DNA from: Mobula hypostoma
Taxonomy: Eukaryota
Length of the DNA stretch: 64,000 nt
Direction: 5' to 3'
Assembly: GCF_963921235.1 (NCBI RefSeq)
Contig: NC_086097.1
Coordinates: 193,566,001-193,630,000, forward strand
Below, one piece after another: positions 24,401-39,400 of this stretch (positions within the stretch are counted from its first letter, which is position 1; each line of letters begins with the position of its first letter). Under the pieces are notes generated by a model. The model made no database searches, was not told the DNA's origin, and saw nothing but the letters and a program-made list of their open reading frames with translations. The translations under genes were made by a program, and so were the position numbers.

Positions 24401-27400
24401 TACTTGGTTCTTGGAATTCCGGACCCCACTTGGAACTCGGAACATGGAACTCGGGAACCGGACTTGGAACACGGGACCAAGATTTAGAACTTGGAACTCG
24501 GAACTCGGGACCTGGGACCCGGATTGGAACTCGGAACTCGGAACTTGGGACCCGGGCTTGGAACCCGGAACGTGGAACTCAGGACCCGGACGTGGAACTG
24601 GGAACATGGAACTCAGAAAATGGAACTCGGGACCCTGACATGGAACTCGGAACATAGAACACTGGACCGGGATATGGAACTCGGGACTCGGACTTGGAAC
24701 TTGGAATTTGGAACTCAGGACCTGGACATGGAACTCGGGAACCGGACTCGGAACTCGGGACCCGGATTTAGAACTCGGAAATTGGAATTCAGGTCCCGGA
24801 CTTGGAACTCTGAAGTTGGAATTTAGAATCTGACTCAGAACTCGGAATTTGGAACTCAGGACCCGGACCTGGAACTTGGAATGTGGAACTCGGGACCCCG
24901 GACTCGAAACTCGGAACTTGGAAGTCGGTACCCGGACTTGGAACGTGGAACTGGGAACATAAGAACCTGGACATGGAACTCAGAAGAACAGAGGCTGGAC
25001 TTGGAACTCGGAACATCAGAGCCTGTACTTTTCTTAGACACAGGAGATGGAAACAGAATATAGAGCCTTTGGTACAGAACATAGAGCCTTGACTCTTCTT
25101 AGACACAGGACATGGGCTAACAACAAATTGACCTTTTGTAACTGTTGTTGTCATTGTGCAATTTTCTTTTCTGTGAAACTGATTATCTTCGAACTTCGAG
25201 CCACTTTCTTGAATTCTGAGAAATGCATTCTGGGCAGGATTCTAGTAGCGGATTCTGACTAGCGAGAGTTCGGGAAACAGTGTTTGTGTCTGCTGGTTCC
25301 ATGTTTGGCTAGATCGTTCTGCCACAAGTGCGGAGCATGGGTGGACCCAAAAGCAGGACACAAACACGTTTTGTAGCGTTAACAATAATAGAGTATATTA
25401 ATCATTACTAGGAAAGCAGGGAAGCAAGAATTGTTCAGAGGGAGATCAAGGAGTGAGCAAAGCAGAAGCAGGAATAAGCGTGGCTAGACTTAGACTTGGA
25501 CTTGGACTTGGAACCTGGAATTCGAAACAAAGGACCCGGACGTCAATCTTGGGACCCGGACTTGGAATTCAGAACTTGGAACTTGGGATCCGAACTTGGA
25601 ACTTGGAACTCGGGACCTGGACATGGAACTTGGAACTCAGGATGCGGATTTGGAACCTGGATCTCAGAACACTGATTTGGAACTTGGAACTAGAGACCTG
25701 GAATTGGTCTTGGAACCTGGATATCGGAACACTGACTTGGAGCTTGGATCTCGGGACCTGGACTTGGAACTCGGAACACTGACTTGGAACTTGGATCTCA
25801 GAACTTGGACCTCGGGACCAGGACTTGGAACTTGGAACTTGGTACCTGGGCTTGGACTTGGATCTTGGAACTCGGGACCTGGACTTGGAATTGGGAACTT
25901 GGAACTCAGGACCCGGACATGGAACTCGGAACTTGGAATTCGGGACCCGGACCTGGTACTTAGAACGTGGTACTTGGGACCCTGGACACGGAACTCAGAA
26001 CTTGGAAGTCGGTACCTCAACTTGGAACTTGGAACTGGGAACACCAGAGCCTGGACATGGAACTCGGAACATCAGAGGCTGGAATTGGAACTCAGAGCAT
26101 CAGAGCCTGTACTTTTATAGACACAGGATATGCAAAACTGAGCTGGGCCTCCTCCTTTGGTGCAGAACATAGAGCTGGTACTCTTCTTAGACACAGTACA
26201 TGGGCTAACAACAAATTCACCTTTTGTAACTGTTGTTGTAATTGCACAATTTTTTTTTCTGTGAAACTGATATCTTCAAACTTCAAGCCACTTTCTTGAA
26301 TTCTATGAGATGCATTCGGGGCAGGATTCTAGTAGCGGATTCTGACTAGCGAGAGTTCGGGAAACAGTGTTTGTGCCTGCTGGTTCTATGTTTGGCTAGA
26401 TCATTCTGTCACAAGTGTGGAGCACAGGTGGACCCGAAAGCAGGACACAAACACACATTGTAGCGTTAACAATAATAGAGTATATTAATCGTTATTAGGA
26501 AAGCAGGGAAGCAAGAATTGTTCAGAGGGAGATCAAGGAGTGAGCAAAGCAGAAGCAGGAATAGGATTGGCTAGACTTAGACTTGGACTTGGAACCTAGA
26601 ATTCGAAACTCAGGACCCGGACGTCAATCTCGGGACCCGGACCTGGAATTCAGAACTTGGAACTTGGGACCCAAACTTGGACTTCGAACGTGGAACTCTG
26701 GACTCGGACTTGGAACTCAGAACTTGAAACACGGAACTTTGGACCCGGATTGGAACTCGGAACTTGGACCCCAGGACCCGGACTTGGAAGTCGGAACATT
26801 GTACTTGGGACCTGGACCTGGAACTGGGAACATGGAACTCGGTACCTGGACTTGGAACTCAGAACCTGGAATTTGGGACCTGACTTGTAACTCGGGACCC
26901 AGACTTGGAACTCGGGACCTGGACCCGGAACTCGGAACCTGGAAATCGATACCCAGGCTTGGAACTCAGAACTTCGAACTCGGGACCCGGAATTGGAACT
27001 CGGCTCCCGGACCTGGAACTTGGAACTCGGTACCCGGACTTGGAACCCGGAACCTGGAATTTGGGACCCAGTCTTGGAACTCGCCACTTGCAACTCGGAA
27101 CTTGGAACTCAGGATCTGGAATTGGAGCTTGGAATTTGGAACTCGGGGCCCGGAATTAGAACTCGGTAAGTGGAACTCGGAACTCTGACCTGGATTGGAA
27201 CTCGGAACTCAGAACACCGGATCCGGACATGGAACTTGGGACCCGGACCTGGAACTTGGAACCCAGACTTGGAACTCGGGACCCAGACTTGGAACTTGGA
27301 ACTCGGGACACGGATTTGGAACATGGAACTCGTGACCCGAACTTGGAACTCGAGACCTGGAACTGGACTTGGAACTCCGAACTTGGGACCCGGACCTGGA

Positions 27401-30400
27401 GCTCGGAACATGAAACTCGGGACCCTTACTTGGACTCGGAATTTGGAAGTCGGGACTCCGGGCACGGAACTCGGAACTTGGAGGTCGGGACCCAGACTTG
27501 CAACTTGGAACTGGGAACATCAGGGCCTGGACATGGAACTCAGAACATCAGAGGCTGGACTTGGAAATCGGAACATCAGAGCCAGTAATTTTCTCAGACA
27601 AGGGAGATGGAAAACTGAGCTGGGCCTCCTCCTTTGTTACAGAACATAGAGCCGAGACTCTTCATAGACACAGTACATGGGCTATCAATAAATTGACATT
27701 TTGTAGCTGTTGCTGTAATTGCGCCATTTGTTTTTCCTAAATGGATAGCTTCGAACTTCGAGTCACTTTCTTGAATTCTGTGAGATGCATTTGGGGCAGG
27801 ATTCTAGTCGCGGATTCTGACTAGCGAGAGTTCGGGAAACAGTGTTTGTGTCTGCTGGTTCTATGTTTGGCTAGATCATTCTGTCACAAGTGCGGAACAC
27901 AGGGGTACCTGAAAGCAGAACACAAACACGTTTTGTAGTGTTAACAATAATAGAGTTTATTAATCATTACTAGGAAAGCAGGGAAGCAAGGATTGTTCAG
28001 AGGGAGATCAAGGAGTGAGCAAAGCAGAAGCAGGAATAGGCATGGCTAGACTTGGACTTGGACTTGGAACCTGGAAATCGAAACTCAGGACACGGACGTC
28101 AATCTCGGACCCGGACTTGGAACTCAGAACTTGGAACTTGGGACCCGAACTTGGACTTCGAATTTGGAACTCGGGACCCGGACTTGTAACTTGGAACTTG
28201 GAACACAGAACTTGGGACCCGGATTTAGAACTCGGAACTTGGAACACAGAACTTGGGACCCGGATTGGAACTCGGAACTTGGATTTCGGGACCCGGGACC
28301 TGGACTTGGAACTCGGAACGTTGTACTCGGAACCCGGACCTGAATGTGGTAACATGGAACTCGGTACCTGGACTTGGAACTCGGAACCTGGAATTCGGGA
28401 CCTGACGTGGAACTCGAGACCCGGACTTGGAACTCAGGACCCGGACCTGGAACTCGGTACCCAGACTTGGAACTCGGAACTTCGAATTCGGGACCCGGAA
28501 TTGGAACTCTGGTCCCGGACCTGGAACTTGGAACTTGGGACCCAGATTTGGAACTTGGAGCTCGGGACGCGGATTTGGAACATGGAACTCGTGACTCGAA
28601 CGTGGAACTTGAGACCCGGAACTGGACTTGGAACTCAGAACTCGGGACCCGGACCTGGAACTCGGAACTTGGAAGTCGGGACCCGGACTTGGAACTCGAG
28701 ACCTGGACCTGGAACTCAGTCTGGGAATTCCAGACTTGGAATTCGGGTCCCGGACTTGGAACTTGGAATTTGGAATTGAAAAACTGACTTGGAGCTCAGA
28801 ACGTGGATCTCAAACCCGGATCTGGAACTCGGATCGTGGAACTCGGGACCCCGGACAAGGAACTCGGAACTTGGAGATCGGGACCCAGACTTGCAACTTG
28901 GAACTGGGAACATCAGAACCTGGACATGGAACTCAGAACATCAGAGGCTGGACTTGGAACTCGGAACATCAGAGCCTGTACTTTTATAGACACAGGATAT
29001 GCAAAACTGAGCTGGGCCTCTTGCTTTGGTGCAGAACATAGAGCCGGTACTCTTCTTAGACACAGTACATGGGCTAACAACAAATTGACCTTTTGTAACC
29101 GTTGTTGTAAGTGCGTAATTTTTTTTCTGTGAAACTGATATCTTCGAACGTCGAGCCACTTTCTTGAATTCTGTGAGATGCATTTGGGGCAGGATTCTGA
29201 CTAGCGTAAGTTCGGGAAACAGTGTTTGTGTCTGCTGGTTCTATGGTTGGCTAGATCATTCTGTCACAAGTGCGGAGCACAGGTGGACCTGAAAGCAGGA
29301 CACAAACATGTTTTGTAGCGTTAATAATAATAGAGTATATTAATCGTTACTAGGAAAGCAGGGAAGCAAGAATTGTTCAGAGGGAGATCAAGGAGTGAGC
29401 AAAGCAGAAGCAGGAATAAGCGTGGCTAGACTTGGACTTGGACTTGGAACCTGGAAATCGAAACTCAGGACCCGGACTTGGAACTCAGAACTTGGAACTT
29501 GGGACCCGAACTTGAACTTCGAACTTGGAACTCAGAACTTGGAACTCGCGACCCGGACATGCAACTCAGAACATGGAACTCGGGAACCGGACTTGGAACT
29601 CGGGACCCGGATTTAGAACTCGGAACTCGGAACTTGGAACACAGAACTTGGGACCCGGATTGGAACTCGGAACTTGGATCTCAGGACCTGGGACCCGGAC
29701 CTGGAACTCGGAACGTTGTACTCGGAACCCGGACCTGAATGTGGTAACATGGAACTCAATACCTGGACTTGGAACTCGGAAACTGGAATTCGGGACCTGA
29801 CGTGGAACTCGAGACCCGGACTTGGAACTCAGGACCCGGACCTGGAACTCGGTACCCAGACTTGGAACTCAGAACTTCGAACTCGGGACCCGGAATTGGA
29901 ACTCTGGTCCCGGACCTGGAACTTGGAACTTGGGACCCAGATTTGGAACTTGGAGCTCGGGATGCGGATTTGGAACATGGAACTCGTGACCCGAACGTGG
30001 AACTCGAGACCTGGAACTGGACTTGGAACTCAGAACTCGGGACCCAGACCTGGAACTCGGAAAATGGAACTTGGGACCCTGACTTGGACTCGGAACTTGG
30101 AACTTGGAACTTGGAAGTCGGGACCTGGACTTGGAACTCGAGACCTGGACCTGGAAATCAGTCTGGGAATTCCAGACTTGGAACTCGGGTCCCGGACTTG
30201 GAACTTGGAATTTGGAATTGAAAAACTGACTTGGAGCTCAGAACGTGCATCTCAAACCCGGATCTGGAACTCGGATCGTGGAACTCAAGACCCTGGACAT
30301 GGAACTCGGAACTTGGTGATCGGGACCCAGACGTGGAACTTGGAACTGGGAACATCAGAGCCTGGACATGGAACTCAGAACATCAGAGGCTGGACTTGGA

Positions 30401-33400
30401 ACTCGGAACATCAGAACCAGTAATTTTATCAGACAAGGGAGATGGAAAACTGAGCTGGGCCTCCTCCTCTGGTACAGAACATAGAGCCGAGACTCTTCTT
30501 AGACACAGTACATGGGCTAACAATAAATTGACCTTTTGTAGCTGTTGTTGTAATTGCGCCATTTGGTTTTCCTGAACTGATAGCTTCAAACTTCGAGTCA
30601 CTTTCTTGAATTCTGTGAGATGCATTCTGGGCAGAATTCCAGTGGGGGATCCTGACTAGCAAGAGTTCGGGAAAAAGTGTTTGTGTCTGCTAGTTCCATG
30701 TTTGGTTGGATCGTTCTGTCACAAGTGCGGAGCACGGGTGGACCCAAAAGCAGGACACAAACATGTTTTGTAGCATTAACAAGAATAGAGTCTACTGATC
30801 ATTAATAGGAAAGCAGGGAAGCAAGGATTGTTCAGAGGGAGATCAAGGTGTGAGCAAAGCAAAAGCAGTAATAAGCGTGGCTAGATTCGGACTTGGACTT
30901 GGAACATGGAACTCGGAACTAGGGACCGGGACTTGGAACTTGGAACTCGGGAGTCAGATCTGGAAATTGGAAAATCAGTGCCTGGACTTGGAACTGGGAA
31001 CTTCAGTTCCTGGATTTGGAACTCTGAACATCCGAGCCCGGACATGGAAGTCGGATGTTGGAACTTGGGACCCAGACTTCGTACTCGGAACTTGGAATTC
31101 GGGACCTGGACTTAGATCTCAGGACCCAGACTTGGAACTCAGGACGAGGACTTGGAACTTGGAATGTGGAACTCGGGATGCGGATCTGAAACTTGGGACC
31201 CGGACATGGAATTTGGAACATGGAACTCGAGGCCCAGAATTGGAACTTGGAACTTGTAATTTTGGACCCAGTTTTGGAACTTGGAACTCGGGACGTGGAT
31301 TTGGAACATGGAACTCGTGACCCGAATTTGGAACTCGAGACCCGGAACTGGACTTGGAACTCAGAACTTGACACCCGGACCTGGAATTCAGAAAATGAAA
31401 CTCGGGACCCTGACTTGGACTTGGAACTTGGAAGTTGGGACCCGGACTTGGAACTCGAGACCTGGACCTGGAACTCAGAAAATGAAACTCGGGACCCTGA
31501 CTTGGACTCGGAACTTGGAGCTCAGGTCCCGGACTTGGAACTTGGAACTTGGAATTCAAAAACTGACTTGGAACTGGGAACGTGGATCTCAAACCCGGAT
31601 CTGGAACTCGGAACGTGGAACTCGGGACCCCGGACACGGAACTCGGAACTTGGAGATCGGGACCCAGACTTGCAACTTGGAACTGGGAACATCAGAGCCT
31701 GGACATGGAACTCAGAACATCAGAGGCTGGACTTGGAACTCAGAACATCAGAGCCTGTACTTTTATAGACACAGGATATGCAAAACTGAGCTGGGTCTCC
31801 TGCTTTGGTGCAGAACATAGAGCCGGTACTCTTCTTAGACACAGTACATGGGCTAACAACAAATTGACCTTTTGTAACCGTTGTTGTAACTGCATAATTT
31901 TTTTTTCTGTGAAACTGATATCTTCGAACTTCGAGCCACTTTCTTGAATTCTGTGAGATGCATTCGGGGCAGGATTCTAGTAGTGGATTCTGACTAGCGA
32001 AAGTTCGGGAAACAGTGTTTATGTCTGCTGGTTCTATGTTTAGCTAGATTATTCTGTCACAATTGCGGAGCACAGATGGACCCAAAAGCAGAACACAAAC
32101 ACGTTTTGTAGCGTTAACAAAAATAGAGTATATTAATCGTTACTAGGATGGCAGGGAAGCAAGGATTGTTCAGAGGGAGATCAAGGAGTGAGCAAAGCAG
32201 AAGCAGGAATAAGCGTGGCTAGACTTGGACTTGGACTTGGAACCTGGAAGTCGAAACTCAGGACCCGGACGTCAATCTCGGACCTGGACTTGGAACTCAG
32301 AACTTGGAACTTGGGACCCGAACTTGGTCTTCGAACTTGGAACTTGGAACTTGGAACTCGCGACCCGGACATGGAACTCAGAACATGGAACTCGGGAACC
32401 GGACTTGGAACTCGGGACCCGGATTTAGAACTCGGAACTTGGAACACAGAACTTGGGACCCAGATTGGAACTCGGGACCCGGACTTGGAACTCGGAACGT
32501 TGTACTCGGAATCCGGACCTGAAACTGGTAACATGGAACTCGGTACCTGGACTTGGAACTCGGAACCTGGAATTCGGGACCTGACTTGGAACTCAGGACC
32601 CGGACCTGGAACTCGGTACCCAGACTTGGAACTTGGAACTTCGAACTCGGGACCCAGAATTGGAACTCTGGTTCCGGACTTGGAACTTGGAACTTGGGAC
32701 CCAGATTTAGAACTTGGAACTCGGGATGCGGATTTCGAACATGGAACTCGTGACCCGAACTTGGAACTCGAGACCCGGAACTGGACTTGGAACTCAGAAC
32801 TCAGGACCCGAACCTGGAACTCGGAAAATGGAACTCGGGACCCTGACTTGGACTCGGAACTTGGAAGTCGGGACCCGGACTTAGAACTCGAGACCTGGAC
32901 CTGGAACTCAGTCTAGGAATTCCAGACTTGGAACTCGGGTCCCGGACTTGGAACTTGGAACTTGGAATTCAAAAACTTACTTGGAGCTCAGAACGTGGAT
33001 CTCAAACCCGGATCTGGAACTCGGAACGTGGAACTCGGGACCCCGGACATGGAACTCGGAATTTGGTGATCGGGACCCAGACTTGGAACTTGGAACTGGG
33101 AACATCAGAGCCTGGACATGGAACTCAGAACATCAGAGGCTGGACTTGGAACTCGGAACATCGTAGCCAGTAATTTTGTCAGACAAGGGAGATGGAAAAC
33201 TGAGCTGGACCTCCTCCTTTGGTACAGAACATAGAACCGAGACTCAGACACAGTACATGGGCTAACAATAAATTGACCTTTTTGTACCTGTTGTTGTGTT
33301 GACTTGGAACTCGAGACCCAGACTTGAAACTAGTAACTCGGGACCCGGACTTGGAACTTGGAACTTGGAATTCAGGACCCCACTTGGAACTCGGGACACG

Positions 33401-36400
33401 GTCTTGGAACTCGGAACCTGGACTTGGAACTCCGGACCTGGAACTGGAACTCGGAATTCAGGACCCCACTTGGAACTTGGAACTTGGAACTCGGTACCCG
33501 GACTTGGAACTCGGAACTTGGAATTGGGGACATGACTTGGAACTCTGGACCCGGTTTTGGAACTCATGACCAGGACATGCAACTCGAAATTGGAACTCAG
33601 GACCCGGACGTGGGACTGGGAACTTGGAACCCGGGACCCAGACCTGGAACTCAGAACATGGAACTCAGGACCCGGACATGGAACTCGGAGCATGGAACTC
33701 AGATCTTGGAATTCGGGACCGGGACTTGGAAACCGGGACCTAGACTTGGAACTTGGAACTTGAAACTCAGGTCCCAGACTTGGAACTCGGAACTTGGAAT
33801 TCGGAACCAGACTTGGAACTCGGAACGTGGAACTCAGGACCCGGACACGTAACTCGGAACGTAGAACTCGGAACCCGAACTTGGAACTTGGAACTGGGAA
33901 CATTAGAGCCTGGACATGGAACTCAGAACATCAGAGGCTGGACTTGGTACTCAGATTTTCAGAGCCTGCACTTTACTTAGACGAAGGACATGAATCACTG
34001 AGCTGGGCCTCCTCCTTGGGTACAGGACATAGAGCTGGGTCTCTTCTGAGACACAGGACATGGGCTAACAACAAGTTGACCTTTTGTAACTGTGGTTGTA
34101 ATTGCGCAATTTTTTTTTCTGGAACTGATACCTTCAAACTTCGAGACACTTTCCTGAATTCTGTGAGATGCATTCTGGGCAGGATTTCAGTGGGGGATTC
34201 TGACTAGCGAGAGTTTGGAAGAAACAGTGTTTGTTTCTGCCGGTTCCATGTTTGACTAGATCGTTCTGTCACAAGTGCGGAGCGTGGATGGACCTAAAAG
34301 AAGGCCAAAAACACGTTTTGTAGCATTAACAAAAATGGAGTTTACTGATCATTAGTAGGAAAGCAGGGAAGCAAAGATTGTTCAGAGGGAGATCAAGGTG
34401 TGAGCAAAGCAGAAGCAGTAATAAGCGTGGCTGGTCTTGGACTTGGACTTGGAAAGTGGAACTGGGAACTCGGGACAGGGACTTGCATCTTGAGACTCGC
34501 ACATGGAACTTGGAACCTGACCCGGACTTGGAACTTGGAACTCGGGACCCCGACCTGGAAGTGAGAAAATCAGTGCCTGGACTTTGAACTGGGATCTTCA
34601 GAGCCTGGATTCGAAACTCTGAACATCAAAACCTGGACATGGAACTCGGGACCCACAGTTGGAACTTGGGACCCAGACTTAGTAATTGGAAATTGAAATT
34701 TGGGACCTGGACTTGGAACTCAGGACCGAGACTTGTAACTCAGGATGAGGACTTGGAACACGTAACGTGGAACTCAGGATGCGGGCCTGGAACTCGGGAC
34801 CCGGACCTGGAACTCGGAACATGGAACTCGATACCCAGACTTGGAACTTGGAACACAAGACCCGGAACTGGACTTGGAACTCAGTACTCGGGACCCGGAC
34901 CTGGAACTCGGAAATTGGAACTTGGGACCCGGACTTCGAACTTGGAACTGGGAACATCAGAGCATGGACATGGAACTCAGAATGTCACAGGCTGGATTTG
35001 GAACTCAGAAATTCAGAGCCTGGACTTTACTTAGACGAAAGACATGAATCACTGAGCTGGGCCTCCTCCTTGGGTACAGGACATACAGCCGGGTCTATTC
35101 TCAGATACGGGACATGGGTAACAACAAATTGACCTTTTCTAACTGTTATTGTAATTGCACAATTATTTTTTCTTAAACTGATACCTTCAACTTTCGCGTC
35201 ACTTTCTTGAATTCTGTGAGATGCATTCTGGGCAGGATCCCAGTGCAGGATTCTGACTAGCAAGATTTCGGGATACAGTGTTTGTGTCTGCTGGTTCTAT
35301 GTTTGGCTGGATCGTTCTGTCACAAGTGCGTAGTACGGGTGGACCCTAAAGAAGGCCAAAAACACGTTTTGTAGCATTAACAAGGAATAGAGTTTTCTAA
35401 TCATTAGTAGGAAAGCAGGGAAGCAAGGATTATTCAAAGGGAGATCAAGGTGTGAACAAAGCAGAATCAGTAATAAGCGTGGCTCGACTCGTACTTGGAC
35501 TTGGAACGTGGACATCGGAACTCGGGACCGGGACTTGGAACTTAGAACTCGCACATGGAACTTGGAACACGGGACCCAGACCTAGAAAATGGAAAATCAG
35601 TGCCTGAACTTGGAACTGGGAACCAGAGCCTGGACATGGAACTCGGGACCCGGACATGGAACTCGGAACATGGAACTCGAGACCTGGACTTGGAACTCGG
35701 GACCCAAACTTGGAACTTGGAACTTGGGACCTGGACTTGCAAGTTGGAACTAGGGACGCAGATTTGGAACATGAAACTCGAGACCCAGACTTGGAACTTG
35801 GAACTTGAGACCTGGAACTGGACTTGGAACTCGGAACTCAGGACCCGGACATGGACTCAGAACTTGGAACTTGGAACTCGAAATTCAGGATCCAGACTTG
35901 GAACTCGGGACCCAGACCTGGAACTCAGATCTTGGAATTCGGGACCAGGACTTGGAAATCGGGGTCCAGACTTGGAACTCGGTTCCCGGACTTGGAACTT
36001 GGAACTTGGAATTTGGAACCCGACTTGGAACTCAGAACGTAGAACTCAGACCCGGACATGGTAATCGGAACGTGGAACTCGGGCCCCGGACTTGGAACTT
36101 GGAACTGGGAACATCAGAACCTGGACATGGAACTCTGAACGTCAGAGGCTGGATTTGGAACTCAGAAATTCAGAGTCTGGACTTTACTTAGATGAAAGAC
36201 ATGAATCACTGAGCTGGGCCTCCTCCTTGGGTACAGGACATAGAGCCGGGTCTGTTCTCAGATACGGGACATGGGTAACAACAAATTGACCTTTTGTAAC
36301 TGTTGTAATTGCACAATTTTTTTTTCTGTAAAACTGATATCTTTGAACTTGGAGCCACTTTCTTGAATTCTATGAGATGCATTCAGGGCAGGATTCTAGT

Positions 36401-39400
36401 AGCGAATTCTGACTAGCGAGAGTTCGGGAAACAGTGTTTGTGTCTGCTGGTCCTATGTTTGGCTGGATCATTCTGTCACAAGTGCGAAGCACGGGTGGAC
36501 CCAAAAGAAGTCCAAAAACACGTTTTGTACATCAAGAAGAATACAGTTTACTAATCATTAGTAGGAAAGCAGGGAAGCAAGGATTGTTCAGAGGGAGATC
36601 AGGGTGTGAACAAAGCAGAAGCAGTAATAAGCGTGGCTCGACTCGTGCTTGGACTTGGACGTGCGTGGACGTTGGAACTCGGGACCGGGACTTGGAACTT
36701 AGGACTCGCACATGGAACTTGGAACACGGGACCCGGACCTGGAAAATGGAAAATCAGTGCCTGGACTTGGAACTGGGAACTTCAGAGCCTGGAAATGGAA
36801 CTCGGGACCCGGACATGGAACTCTGGGCCCGGACTTGGAACTTGGATGTTGGGACCTGGAACTGGACTTGGAACTCGGAACTCAGGACCCGGACATGGAC
36901 TCAGAACTTGGAACTCAGAACTTGGAATTCAGGATCCAGACTTGGAACTCGGGACACGGACCTGGAACTCTGATCTTGGAATTCGGGACCGGGACTTGGA
37001 AATCGGGATCCAGACTTGGAACTCGGTTCCCGGACTTGGAACTTGGAACTTGGAATTTGGAACTCGACTTGGGACTCGGAATGTGGAACTCAGGACCCAG
37101 ATAGGGAACTCCCAACGTGGAACTCGGGACCTGGACATGGACTCAGAACTTGGAACTTGGAACTTGGAATTCGGGACCCGGACTTCGAACTCGGAACTTG
37201 GAATTCGGAACCCGACTTGGAACTCAGAACGTGGAACTCAGACCCAGACATGGAACTCGGAACGTGGAACTCGGGCCCCGGACTTGGAACTTGGAACTGG
37301 GAACATCAGAACCTGGACATGGAACTCAGAATGTCGGAGGCTGGATTTGGAACTCAGAAATTCAGAGTCTGGACTTTACTTAGACGAAAGACATGAATCA
37401 CTGAGCTGGGCCTCCTTCTTCGGTACAGGACATAGAGCCGGGTCTCTTCTCAGACACGGGACATGGGCTAACAGCAAATTGACCTTTTGTAACTGTTGTT
37501 GTAATTGCGCAATTTTTTTTTCTTAAACTGATACCTTCAAACTTTGAATCACTTTCTTGAATTCTGTGAGATGCATTCTGGGCAGGATTCCCGTGCAGGA
37601 TTCTGACTAGCAGGATTTCGGGATACAGTGTTTGTGTCTGCTGGTTCTATGTTTGGCTGGATCATTCTGTCACAAGTGCGGAGCATGGGTGGACCCAAAA
37701 GAAGGCCAAAAACACGTTTTGTACGTTAAGAAGAATAGAGTTTACTAATCATTAGTAGGAAAGCAGGGAAACAAGGATTGTTCAGAGGGAGATCAGGGGG
37801 TGAACAAAGCAGAAGCAGTAATAATCGTGGCTCGACTCTTGCTTGGACTTGTAACGTGGACGTTGGAACTCGGGACCGGGACTTGGAACTTAGGACTCGC
37901 ACATGGAACTTGGAACATGGGACCCGGACCCAGTAAATGGAAAATCAGTGCCTGGACTTGGAACTGGGAACCAGAGCCTGGAAATGGAACTCGGGACCCA
38001 GACTTGGATCTCAGAACATGGAACTCGGGACCCGGACATGGAACTCGAGACCTGGACTTGGAACTCGGGACCCAAACTTGGAACTTGGAACTCGGGACCT
38101 GGACTTGCAAGTTGGAACTAGGGAGGCGGATTTGGAACATGAAACTCGAGACCCAGACTTGGAACTCGGAACTCAGGACCCGGACATGGACTCAGAACTT
38201 GGAACTCGGAACTTGGAATTCAAGATCCAGACTTGGAACTCGGGACCCGGACCTGGAACTCAGATCTTGGAATTCGGGACCGGGACTTGGAAATCAGGAT
38301 CCAGACTTGGAACTTGGAACTTGGAACTCGGAAGTTGGAATTCGGAACCCGACTTGGAACTCAGAACGTGGAACTCAGACCCAGACATGGAACTCGGAAC
38401 GTGGAACTCGGGCCCCGGACTTGGAACTTGGAACTGGGAACATCAGAACCTGGACATGGAACTCAGAACGTCAGAGGCTGGATTTGGAACTCAGAAATTC
38501 AGAGCCTGGACTTTACTTAGATGAAAGACATGAATCACTGAGCTGGGCCTCCTCCTTGGGTACAGGACATAGAGCCGGGTCTCTTCTCAGACACGGGACG
38601 TGGGCTAACAGAAAATTGACCTTTTGTAACTGATTGTTGTAATTGCACAATTTTTTTTTCTTAAACTGATACCTTCAAACTTCGAATCACTTTCTTGAAT
38701 TCTGTGAGATGCATTCTGGGCAGGATTCCCGTGCAGGATTCTGACTAGCAGGATTTTGGGATACAGTGTTTGTGTCTGCTGGTTCTATGTTTGGCTGGAT
38801 CATTCTGTCACAAGTGCGGAGCACGGGTGGACCCAAAAGAAGGCCAAAAACTCGTTTTGTACGTTAAGAAGAATAGAGTTTACTAATCATTAGTAGGAAA
38901 GCAGGGAAGCAAGGATTGTTCAGAGGGAGATCAGGGTGTGAACAAAGCAGAAGCAGTAATAAGCATGGCTCGACTCGTGCTTGGACTTGTAATGTGGATG
39001 TCGGAACTCGGGACCGGGACTTGGAACTTAGGAGTCGCACATGGAACTTGGAACACGGGACCCTGACCTGGAAAATGGAAAATCAGTGCCCGGACTTGGA
39101 ACTGGGAACTTCAGAGCCTGGAAACGGAACTCGGGACCCGGACATGGAACTCTGGGCCCGGACTTGGAACTTGGATGTTGGAACTCGGGACCCAGACTTC
39201 CTACTTGGAATTTGGAATTCGGGACCCAGACTTGGAACATGGGACTCGGCTTGGAACTTCGAACGTGGACCCGGACATGGAACTCCGAACATGGAACTCG
39301 AGACCTGGACTTCGAACTCGGGACCCAGAAATGGAACTTGGAACTCAGGACCTGGACTTGGAACTTGGAATTTGAGACCTGGAACTGGACTTGGAACTCG

